A DNA stretch of 63,795 bases, counting the filler, from Octopus bimaculoides (lineage: Eukaryota): the NCBI RefSeq assembly GCF_001194135.2. It is 9 parts of 8 records of this genome, joined end to end, with 100 filler letters (N's around TTAATTAATTAA, not from the genome) between each part and the next. Parts side by side here need not be neighbours in the genome. Positions count along the whole stretch, not along the records: positions 49,750 to 55,997 come from NC_068994.1; positions 56,098 to 57,460 come from NW_026398051.1; positions 57,561 to 59,031 come from NC_068996.1; positions 59,132 to 61,009 come from NC_068982.1; positions 61,110 to 63,795 come from NW_026342416.1; 4 more parts are not named here. One strand, 5' to 3'. Below the pieces are notes generated by a model. The model did no database searches. It saw nothing but the letters and a program-made list of their open reading frames with translations, and was not told where the DNA came from. This document shows, piece after piece, positions 53,571-63,795 of this stretch. The translations under genes were made by a program, and so were the position numbers. The number at the start of each line of letters is the position of its first letter. Within the stretch, counting starts at the first letter, position 1.

Positions 53571-54050
53571 AAAGCCTAGAAATAACATCCAAATTTATGT
53601 CAAATTATTCCCTTCTGTCCCAGAGAGGAAGAGAAATATGGGATAGAGTAATCTAAGGTAAACAATGTCCCACAAAAGAGTTGGATCGAATCAAAGAGCG
53701 GTTCCTTAAAACCTAAAAATAACAGTCAAATCTACCTCAAGTTATTCCTTGCAGTCTCAAAGAGTGAGGGAACTATGGGATAATGTTATCCCAGGTAGAC
53801 AATGCCCAGAAAAAGGCAGGATCGAATCAAAGAGCGGGTTCCTTAAAACCTAAAAATAGCAGCCAAATCTACCTCACGCTACTCCTTGCCGTTTCAGAGA
53901 GTGAGGGAAATATTGGATAATGTTATCCGAAGTAGACAATGTCCCAGAAAAGTGTAGGATCGAATCAAAGAGCGGGTCCATTAAAACCTAGAAATAGCAG
54001 TCAAATCTACCTCAAGTTACTCCTTGTCCTTTTCAAAGAGAAGCATAGAA
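53571..54050. repeat. ~137-bp tandem repeat, about 3.5 units
   Basis: AAAACCTA.AAATA.CAG.CAAATCTACCTCA recurs at 53708, 53845 and 53983; GGATCGAATCAAAGAGCGG recurs with the same period. Confidence 0.9.
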
Positions 54051-55180
54051 TAATATTTCGTATGTGTATTTCGTGTGCAAGATTCTTGATGTGGATACGT
54101 GTGTTGAAAGAAATACAATTAAACCTTGGGAGAGGCATTATGCCGGTAATAAACACACGCACTGGTTCAGTCCTTTATTAATTTATATAGTTTTTTGTTA
54201 AATTATTTCATTGCACTCTTGCAATCTCTTCAGTAACTTGTTCCTCCACTTCCATNNNNNNNNNNNNNNNNNNNNNNNNNNNNNNNNNNNNNNNNNNNNN
54301 NNNNNNNNNNNNNNNNNNNNNNNNNNNNNNNNNNNNNNNNNNNNNNNNNNNNNNNNNNNNNNNNNNNNNNNNNNNNNNNNNNNNNNNNNNNNNNNNNNNN
54401 NNNNNNNNNNNNNNNNNNNNNNNNNNNNNNNNNNNNNNNNNNNNNNNNNNNNNNNNNNNNNNNNNNNNNNNNNNNNNNNNNNNNNNNNNNNNNNNNNNNN
54501 NNNNNNNNNNNNNNNNNNNNNNNNNNNNNNNNNNNNNNNNNNNNNNNNNNNNNNNNNNNNNNNNNNNNNNNNNNNNNNNNNNNNNNNNNNNNNNNNNNNN
54601 NNNNNNNNNNNNNNNNNNNNNNNNNNNNNNNNNNNNNNNNNNNNNNNNNNNNNNNNNNNNNNNNNNNNNNNNNNNNNNNNNNNNNNNNNNNNNNNNNNNN
54701 NNNNNNNNNNNNNNNNNNNNNNNNNNNNNNNNNNNNNNNNNNNNNNNNNNNNNNNNNNNNNNNNNNNNNNNNNNNNNNNNNNNNNNNNNNNNNNNNNNNN
54801 NNNNNNNNNNNNNNNNNNNNNNNNNNNNNNNNNNNNNNNNNNNNNNNNNNNNNNNNNNNNNNNNNNNNNNNNNNNNNNNNNNNNNNNNNNNNNNNNNNNN
54901 NNNNNNNNNNNNNNNNNNNNNNNNNNNNNNNNNNNNNNNNNNNNNNNNNNNNNNNNNNNNNNNNNNNNNNNNNNNNNNNNNNNNNNNNNNNNNNNNNNNN
55001 NNNNNNNNNNNNNNNNNNNNNNNNNNNNNNNNNNNNNNNNNNNNNNNNNNNNNNNNNNNNNNNNNNNNNNNNNNNNNNNNNNNNNNNNNNNNNNNNNNNN
55101 NNNNNNNNNNNNNNNNNNNNNNNNNNNNNNNNNNNNNNNNNNNNNNNNNNNNNNNNNNNNNNNNNNNNNNNNNNNNNNNN

Positions 55181-55252
<72 letters not shown>

Positions 55253-55965
55253 CATATGTATGTATTTGTGTATAGCGATATGTATGAATATATGTCTGTA
55301 TTAATTGTATTATTGGATTGGATTGCATACATTCATGTATTGTACTGTACTACATGCACGTATGTTTGTCTGCATATGTTATACAAGAATGTACGTCTAC
55401 GTTTGTACGAGACCACCAGAGTACATGAGTGTATTTCTGAGCGTGATGATATGAATGCATATGTGTGGGTGCGCTATCCATGAATATATACACAAAAAAG
55501 CCGTCTGTATATATAATATCTATGTATTTATTACACTGTCTCTCGTTTCTCTTTCTTTCTGTATATATTTCTGTGTGCGTATATACAACTATGTATGTAT
55601 GTATTTGTGTATGTAGTAGAAAATGTCAGTAAGTATATATAAAATGCGTATTCACCTGAGTGTATGCATGTATGTGTGTGCATGTGTGTGTGTGAGAAAG
55701 AATGAGAGAGAGAGAGAGAGGGTGGGCTCAACCCCTTAACTCATAATCTATCAGACAAATATAAACACATGCATATACAGAATTTAGCTGATATATAGGC
55801 GTGTCTCAACGTTTTGATCAAAATCTATGTATGTATATACGTGTGTGTGTGTGTGTGTGTGTGTGTATCCTATCTTATATCTTAGATCTGTTACTTGTTT
55901 CAGTTACTGGACTGCGGCCATACTGAGGTCTCTCTTCAAGATATTAGTCAAACGAATCGAACTCA

Positions 55966-55997
<32 letters not shown>

Positions 55998-56495
55998 NNN
56001 NNNNNNNNNNNNNNNNNNNNNNNNNNNNNNNNNNNNNNNNNTTAATTAATTAANNNNNNNNNNNNNNNNNNNNNNNNNNNNNNNNNNNNNNNNNNNNGTT
56101 CAGATTTAACATATTTATTTTAAAATTTAATTTAATATAATTATGAACGTATTGTAAATTACTAGAATTTGAGTTCAATTATTAAGTGTCTAGATTTAAC
56201 ACATATATATACCTAACACTTATATATATATATATATATACATATGTTAGTTTATGTATATATTGATATTATCTCAGTTTAAAAAAACTTTGACAATGTA
56301 GATATGTTAATAGTTACCATGGGTAGCAAAAATTACACAAAAAACCAGGATATCACACCCGTTTTATAGGTAGAGACACCAAGTTGAAGTGATGCATTTT
56401 GAGTAGATATGAATAATAACAATTGTAAAAGACTTAATATAGTATATAAATGCATAGTCACAGTAATTAATAATTCACATAAAATAGTATACATA

Positions 56496-56729
56496 GGGAG
56501 AATATACAAATAATAACAACAGACGAGGACAGGTGGTGTAAATAACAAAAGTATATATTAGTATGACGCTCGGGAATACGGAAAGTCTTTGACGTTTCGA
56601 GCTACGCTCTTCAACAGAAAGAATACGGAGACAAGGAGAAAAACACGGAGAAAAAAAAAAACACGGAGAAAAAAAATTGAGAGAAAAAAAAAAAAAAAAA
56701 TTGAATAGTGTTCAGTGAACGGTCAATCA
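56496..56729 (-). mobile_element. Hammerhead-bearing short repeat (copy 2)
   Basis: Essentially identical to 50933-51122 apart from an expanded A-rich segment. Confidence 0.85.
56586..56622 (-). ncRNA. Putative minimal type I hammerhead ribozyme (second identical copy)
   Basis: Same 37-nt sequence as 51023-51059. Confidence 0.6.
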
Positions 56730-57560
56730 TAATAATGGAACTCCCTATACATAGGGAGTTCTATTAATTTTAAACAATGATATCTAGCGCATATACATTC
56801 ATTTAAACCAAATATAAATAATAATACAACTTCATTAGCCACATACATACAGAAACTCAATAAAAACAAAATTAATTATAAATTGGACTGGTCAATAATA
56901 AATTCTGCCATACCATATCCACATAAATCAAATAATTACTGTTTATGCACATTAGAATCACTGCATATATTACTATATAAATTTGACAACCTAATAAATA
57001 GCAAGTCAGCCTCGATATCAGCATGTAAACATAGGTACTACAAAACCTTTAAATATTATAATAGATCCAAAAATAAGGTAGAATAGAAAACAACACATGT
57101 GTGTATTTGTATAAGCATTTGTATTGATATGTAAAAAAAGTATGTATATACGTGCTAAATCTAGACACTTAATAATTGAACTCAAATTCTAGTAATTTAC
57201 AATACTTTCATAATTATATTAAATTAAATTTTAAAATAAATATGTTAAATCTGAACACTTAAGAATTTGAACCTAGATTCTACTATATTACTTTTGTAAG
57301 TAATAATAACATTCATATTAAATTAAATTTAAATTTGAAATAGAATCTTCTGACAAAAAAAAAAAAAAAATTCTATATATACTTATCTCAATTCTTACCA
57401 AATTTTTTAATAATAAAATATATGCAGTGGATGGAACATTTAAATATTGGATGTGATTCANNNNNNNNNNNNNNNNNNNNNNNNNNNNNNNNNNNNNNNN
57501 NNNNTTAATTAATTAANNNNNNNNNNNNNNNNNNNNNNNNNNNNNNNNNNNNNNNNNNNN

Positions 57561-57607
<47 letters not shown>

Positions 57608-57614
57608 ATATATA

Positions 57615-58860
57615 CAGGAGTTGGACAAAATAATGGAAACGCCTGAAAATTTCAGACAAATTAATTATAAATTGGGGTAGGACTGTCTTTCGCAGTAATT
57701 ACAGCTTGAATTCTACGAGATATGGACTCGTAAAAAGTTTCAATTGTTTCCAAAAGAATTTTTGTCCATTCCTCAGCTAAAACAGTCTGCAGTTCTTGTA
57801 GTGATTATGGTGGAGATTATCAACTCCTTACTTGTTTTTCTAAAATGCACCATAAATGTTCAATAATATTGAAATCTGGGGACTGTGGTGGCCAGATAAG
57901 ATGTTCAACTTCACTAGAATGTTTCTCGTGCCATTCAGTAACAACTTTAGATGTGTGAATTGGTGAAAGATTACGTTTCCCTCCGGAAACAGTTCCGCAA
58001 CCATAGGATGAATTTGATCAGATGAAATGCTTAAATAGTCTTGACTATTAATTCTGTCACGAAGGGAAACCATTGGGCTGGTGAATTTCCAAGATATAGC
58101 CCCCCCCCCCAATAAATCATCACAGATCTTCCTCCGTGTTTGACAGTTAGAAGAAGGTAGTCTGCGTTAAATGCTTCTTTTGACTGTCTTCACACGTATA
58201 TTTGGCCGGTGGTCGGAAATAAGTTAAAGGATGACTCATCCCCGAAAATAACATTCTTGCACTGCTCTAGGGACCAATTCTATAGGTATTTACTCCACTC
58301 TAAAACGCTTCGCAACGTTTGTTTTTGGAAGTAGTGGTTTTCTGATTGCAGCCCTCCCATGAAATGCGGCTTTGTACAGCTCCCGGCGAACAGTTTTTGT
58401 GGAAACTGGGTTCTCGAGGTGGTCATTAAGCTCTGCAGTAATCTTAGGAGTTGTACTTTCGTGGTCCTTTCTAACAATTCGCGTAAGAGTCCGACGGCCC
58501 CTACTTGAAAGTTTTGATTTTCTTCCAGAGTTTTGTTTCGACGAGGAGGTTTTTCCCTCTTTCTCAAAGGCTGTCGTAGACAGTACTTCTTGATACACCA
58601 AACATTTCGGCTGTTCTCATTATGCTAACGCCTGCCATACGAGCACCAGCAGTTTGAAAGTCCGATAGATCTGTCATTTTAATGAATCTTAATTACCATT
58701 TTACTGATGATATCTGAAAAGAAACAGCAATTTTAGCAAAACATATTAAGCAACACTAATAATAAATCACAAAACATAAAAATAAACAATCTTTTGATGG
58801 TTTTATAGATATTTCAAAATTATGATGGTATGATGTTTCCATTATTTTGTCCATCCCCTG
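57615..58860 (-). mobile_element. Near full-length Tc1-type transposon with a pseudogenised transposase (58677-57661)
   Basis: TIRs CAGGAGTTGGACAAAATAATGGAAAC / GTTTCCATTATTTTGTCCATCCCCTG. Minus strand reads MTDLSDFQ...GRKSKLS...IRKPLL...FGDESSF...VKHGG...WPPQSPDFNIIEHLW. Frameshifts present. Confidence 0.93.
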
Positions 58861-58953
58861 TGTATATACACACACATATATACATATGTATGCATACATA
58901 CACACACACACATATACACATGGAAACACACACACACACGCACATGGAAACAT

Positions 58954-58987
<34 letters not shown>

Positions 58988-58991
58988 GGAA

Positions 58992-59031
<40 letters not shown>

Positions 59032-59131
59032 NNNNNNNNNNNNNNNNNNNNNNNNNNNNNNNNNNNNNNNNNNNNTTAATTAATTAANNNNNNNNNNNNN
59101 NNNNNNNNNNNNNNNNNNNNNNNNNNNNNNN

Positions 59132-59171
<40 letters not shown>

Positions 59172-59369
59172 TTATTCATTTATTAATTTATGGGTTTCAG
59201 CCAAGTGGCTGTGGTCATGCTGGAGCACCACCGTGATTTTCTGTTTTACACCACCTGTTCTCGTCTGTTGTTGTTTTTTCGTATATTCTCCCATATATAT
59301 ATATATACATATGTATATACATACATATATATATAAATAAATTTATGTATATATATAAAGTAAAGACTA

Positions 59370-61010
59370 CTTACCATCATAATGTGACTGTTCTGGGTAC
59401 TCCAACCAACCAGGGCAGGTAATATACTGGATCTCTGCTTCATAAATAATAATGTGAAAGTGACAGCGACGCTACTCTCGGATCACAACGTGGTAGAGCT
59501 GACCATGTACGAACCAAAGGAAGCTATGGACATGCAGCTAACAAGAAACTCTCAAAATCTTTCCAGTCTGAACTTCCATACGGCAAACTGGAAACAAATC
59601 GAGAAAGATCCCCAAACAAAACTGGCCTAAATGTCTCTCCTCACCGGATATCGACATGAAACTACAACAATTCATGTCTGTAATGTAAGCCATATGCTAC
59701 AAAGGTGTCCAAGAGAGAAAGGCCACTGGACACAAGAACAAAATCTCCAGGGAGAGGAAAATACTCATGAGACCTAAACAAACAAATTGAAAGCAGTGAA
59801 AAATCCCGCGCGAAAATACAACTACTGGTGATTGAAAAATATCTGCAGCCCTCCTATAAAAAAGAAAGAGCAAACTAAGAAGCCTGGGCTATAGACAATA
59901 TATAATCTAATTCTGGAGCCTTCTACAAGTCTGCCAAAGAAACAGCCTCAGTGTACTGCAGGGTAGGGCCACCACGCCTTGAAATAGATGGTTCACTTTC
60001 AGGAAACCCAATGAGGATAAGTAAAATACTAAATGAGCATTTCAAAAGTGTTTTCACTCCATCCCCAAGGTCACATGCAAGTCAACAATCCAGCTGACTT
60101 TTTTTTATCACTGCAAATATAAAAACAGAAGCATTGATGATTGATGACATCAATATAAAAGACGATCTAATAAGGGCTATAGATGAAATGAACCTGAACT
60201 CAGCTACAGGCCCTGTGGATTCCCAGCAATCCTTCTAAAAGCATGTAAGCGAGTCTCAGAGTTTCCTTGCAACTGACAAACTTCCAAGCCAGCTGAAGGA
60301 GGGTAAAATATGCCCTGTCCATAAAGGAGGTAGCAGAGCAGAGGCCAAAAACTACAAACCTATATCTCTGACATCGCACATCAGCAAAGTCATGGAACGA
60401 ATAGTCAGAAGAAAACTAATCACCTTCCTTGAGGAAAATGACTCGCTGACTGATGCCCAACATGGTTTCTGGCCAGGAAGAAGCTGCCTGATATAGCTCT
60501 TACAACATTATAACTGGGTGCTGAAACAGCTGCTCAACCGCTCAAATGAGGATATATCTCGACTTTGCAAAGGCCTTCGATAAAGTCGATTATGGAATGA
60601 TATGTCACAAACTGCGTGATCTCGGCATAGTCGGGAAATTGGGAAAATGGCTGCATTACTTCCTGAAGGGTAGAAGTCAGGTGGTAGTAGCCAATGGGGC
60701 CACCTCCAATGACATGCAAACAGTGAGCGGTGTTCCGCAAGGCACTGTTTTGGGACCACTACCGTTCATAATGGCCCTCCAAAATATGCCCTCAGCCACA
60801 CAGAGAGCCACGATCACAAGTTATGAAGATGATACAAAAGTCTCACAGGTGATGCAGAACCCTGAAGACGCTATGCACCTGCAATGTGAGTCGGATGAAA
60901 TATACAAGTGGTCTGAGAAGAATAGCATACAGATTAATGCTGAAAAGTTTCAAGCCTTGTGCTATCAGCATTGTGCTATCAGCATTGTGCTATCAGCATT
61001 GTGCTATCAN
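59370..61010 (+). mobile_element. CR1/Jockey-like LINE fragment (end of APE domain plus RT), pseudogenised
   Basis: PTRAGNILDLCF...LLSDHNVV (APE end); NYKPISLTSHISKVMERIV; QHGF; YLDFAKAFDKVD; SGVPQGTVLGPL; YEDD in place of YADD. Stops and frameshifts; runs into a gap. Confidence 0.93.
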
Positions 61011-61109
61011 NNNNNNNNNNNNNNNNNNNNNNNNNNNNNNNNNNNNNNNNNNNTTAATTAATTAANNNNNNNNNNNNNNNNNNNNNNNNNNNNNNNNNNN
61101 NNNNNNNNN

Positions 61110-61672
61110 ATGTGTAGAATACAAATTAGCAAAACTTTTCTGAAAATTCCAAAAACTAGAAAAAGTTATGAAATGTGATATGGGGTACTTAAAGCAGAAT
61201 TCCACCTGGCTTTCTTCTTCGTACATTTATGCACCATGTAGTTAAACAGAAGATGTTGAAATTAGTCATTACTCATTTTGCCCCAGTTTAGACATCAGTT
61301 TTTGAAAATTGAAAATGATCAAATTAGGCATTAGCGTGGGAAAAAAATTGACTTGGAAGCCAACAGAGGAAAGAATTTGGATTGTTGAACACCCAAAATT
61401 ATCTAGATATTTTGTTAGGAACCTCAATTACAACTGGGTTAAAATTGAGGGAAATTTTCTTGGAAATAGAATACCTGTTACTTGATAGTTTGAAACTGCT
61501 TCAACTTCAAAAACAACAATGGTGGCCAATGTTTACTTGCAATGATGCAATGATACAAAATGGTGATGCAATACTTGCAATGTAATGGTTTCAAACTGGT
61601 AGTAAGAAAGTAACAAGAAATTGGTAATAACTCATTTTGTCCCAGTTACCAATTTTGCCCCAGTCCACTATA
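61110..61672 (-). mobile_element. End of a probable Tc/pogo-like DNA transposon
   Basis: ATTTTG[C/T]CCCAGT repeated three times (near 61276, 61635, 61652), ending CAGTCCAC-TA, as expected for a terminus with subterminal repeats. Confidence 0.4.
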
Positions 61673-62348
61673 GTTATTTCAAGTATTTGACAAAATTATG
61701 AAAATAGTGAAAAAAGAAAGTAAAAGATTCTGTTTAATGAAAACATGTGAGCATAAAAGCAATAATTCTAAAGCTTCAAAAAAAAAAAAAATGCTTTGAG
61801 CTGTTGAGAGATGTAATTTTATAATTAATACTAAATTCAAAATTTAAATTTCGTAACATATTACTGACTTGCATTTTCGTAAAATAAAACCAGTTTTCAA
61901 TGCTTTACTGAAATAATGAAGCTTACAACAGCAATATATGTGTGTGCATATTTGTGTGTGTGTGGGTGTTTTTAATGGCCAGTGGTCAATCTAAGGTTTA
62001 CTGTGCTCAGTCATGCATTGAAAGAAGGAATCTGAACTAGAGACAATAAATAACTTCTATCAATCTTTATATACATCCATAATCTCTCTCTCTCTCTCAC
62101 ACACACTCACAGATACATACATACATTTTTTGGAGTGTTTTGTTGTTTTCTGTCAATGTCCCAAAAGAAACTACAATTAATTCCCATGGGAATTGTGTCT
62201 GCTTTGGAATGGGAAGTATTTTTTAATTGAATGTATTGATGTCACTAATGTAGTTAACAATATGGTTATTATTTACATTTTATGGATATTTGTCCTCAAT
62301 TTGTGAGGGCAAGAATCCATCAAATTTTTGCTATACACACTTAATATA

Positions 62349-62600
62349 TCTATATATATATATAAAACTGAGAATGTGTCTGTCTGTATGTGTGCATCAC
62401 TAAAACTCAAGAACTACCCAACGGATTTCATTCAACTTTTACACATGCCTTATTTAGGGTCCATGCAGTGTCATGGGCCCAAAATATTTTCAACATCTTG
62501 ACTAATGCAAGCCTGGAGCAATCTCTTATACTGTATTGCGTGTCAAAAGTGAAACAATAACATCTCTATCAAAACTTTCACTATCGCATGATTTCAAGTT
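62349..62600 (+). mobile_element. Probable non-autonomous Helitron-like element, 5' end
   Basis: TCTATATATATATAAAACTGAGAATGTGTCTGTCTGT...AACTACCCAACGGATTTCATTCAA...TTTACAC resembles the 5' layout of non-autonomous Helitron-derived repeats; recognised by pattern only. Confidence 0.45.
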
Positions 62601-62742
62601 CAATTACTTTCATTATGTATCTATATATATTAGATTCATTTCTATTACTTTCAATATGTATTTATATACATGATTGTATATGTATGTATGCACATATACA
62701 TATATATATTTATATCTTTGAATATATATGTATGTATAAATG

Positions 62743-62775
<33 letters not shown>

Positions 62776-63007
62776 TTATATGTGTGTGTGTATATGTATA
62801 AATATATGTGTATATATATATCTATATATGTATGTATATGTATGTATGCATATGCATGTATATATATAAAAGAGGTGAGGACTGAAATCCTTATACTTCA
62901 TTTACTGTATATATATCATCATCGTCATCATCATCATTTAACGCCTGCCTTCCATTCTAGCATGGGTTGGACAATTTGACTGAGGACTGGCGAACCAGAT
63001 GGCTGCA

Positions 63008-63795
63008 CGTTTTTTTGATATCCTGTACCCATATATGCATGTATATTTACATATATATGTAGGTATGTACATATATGCATATATTTATATATTATTTATA
63101 TTATTATATGATCGAACGCCACGCATCCTTTTCCAAGTATGATCTATGTAAATAATTATGATGCGCACTCTTCTACTATCTATTCTCTGTCTTTCTCTCT
63201 CCCTCTCTTGTTCTTCAGCCTTTCTGTTTTTCTCTCCCACCCTTTCCTTATTCTTCTCTCCCTTTCATCGTTCCTTCTCTCTCTCACTCTTCCTCCTTCA
63301 CTCTCTCGTCGCTGAGATGTGACGAAAGGAGATCTCTCCTTCTGTCCACTACCTTCCTAAAGAAAAGACATGCATTTTTCTGTCTCTTCTCTCATGGCTT
63401 GTCTACCTAGCATTCATAATAACTTTTCTATCGTCTTGGCTCAACAGCCCTCACTGTTTGTTTTTACTGTCTTGTTAACACTTTCATCCTCTGCAGAAAG
63501 TCCCAAATTTTATTTAATTTGCTTTCCGGGAAGGACTGTTTCAACTAAGTCAAGTATTGTCCTTGCCTTCAAAATGCGGAGTAGATGGAACAGGGACGAC
63601 TGATGAAGGGGTATACTCTTTATGTTGCATGTCTCGTTTCTCTGTTTGTTTTTTATCGTTGTTTGAAACATAAGTTCGTTTTCTATGTTTTTGTTTCTCA
63701 TTGTGTTCAACGTTTTTTGTTTTGATGTCCTGTACCCATATATGCAGGTATATATACATATATATGTAGGTATGTACATATATGTATGGATATAT
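63008..63795 (+). mobile_element. Direct-repeat-bounded element (Penelope pLTR-like), interrupting an RTE tail
   Basis: ~70-bp direct repeat GAT[A/G]TCCTGTACCCATATATGCA.GTATAT.TACATATATATGTAGGTATGTACATATATG at ~63016-63077 and ~63724-63785. The RTE tail at 62925-63008 stops abruptly at its left edge. Confidence 0.5.

Larger units (their letters stand above)
56400..57086 (+). mobile_element. Penelope-like GIY-YIG endonuclease fragment, interrupted by an insertion
   Basis: CKRLNIVYKCIVTVINNSHKIVYIG [insert 56501-56745] SSINFKQ*YLAHIHSFKPNINNNTTSLATYIQKL...DWSIINSAIPY...YCLCTLESLHIL...LINSKSASISACKHRYY; homologous to 48814-49223. Confidence 0.85.
56098..57256. repeat. Long inverted repeat (arms 56098-56212 and ~57144-57256)
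   Basis: GTTCAGATTTAACATATTTATTTTAAAATTTAATTTAATATAATTATGAA...GTGTCTAGATTTA is the near-perfect reverse complement of the right arm; the left arm runs into a gap. Confidence 0.9.

Noticed and set aside
53561-54050. CRISPR-like regular array
   Set aside because: Whole ~137-bp units are homologous with no unique spacers, there are no cas genes, and the context is eukaryotic.

Overview
Eukaryotic, repeat-rich, gappy animal genomic DNA. The tRNA-like SINEs, RTE-LINE tails and microsatellite load suggest an octopus or other cephalopod scaffold (inference). Two host genes are visible, both on the + strand. (1) The 3' part of a receptor-type (NPR/GUCY2-like) guanylyl cyclase: hinge exon 22754-22894, catalytic exons 23392-23515, 24074-24317 and 28284-28382, and terminal exon 32816-33163. 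One required 3n+2 exon is missing, probably in an N gap, and no kinase-homology exons are visible upstream. (2) A single internal exon (43147-43338) of a carbonic anhydrase-related protein (CA10/CA11-like). The rest is transposable-element debris (Tc1, pogo, mariner, hAT, piggyBac-type MITE, CR1/L2-like, RTE and R4/Dong-like LINEs, Penelope-like GIY-YIG elements, SINEs), simple repeats and assembly gaps. The most unusual observations are: a short repeat carrying a minimal hammerhead-ribozyme fold in two near-identical copies, one inserted exactly at the YIG codons of a Penelope-like endonuclease that lies inside a long inverted repeat; a mariner derivative built from two 5' ends; and the lone CARP exon, which may mean the cyclase gene is nested in a CARP intron. 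All calls were made by eye with no database search; repeat boundaries are approximate.
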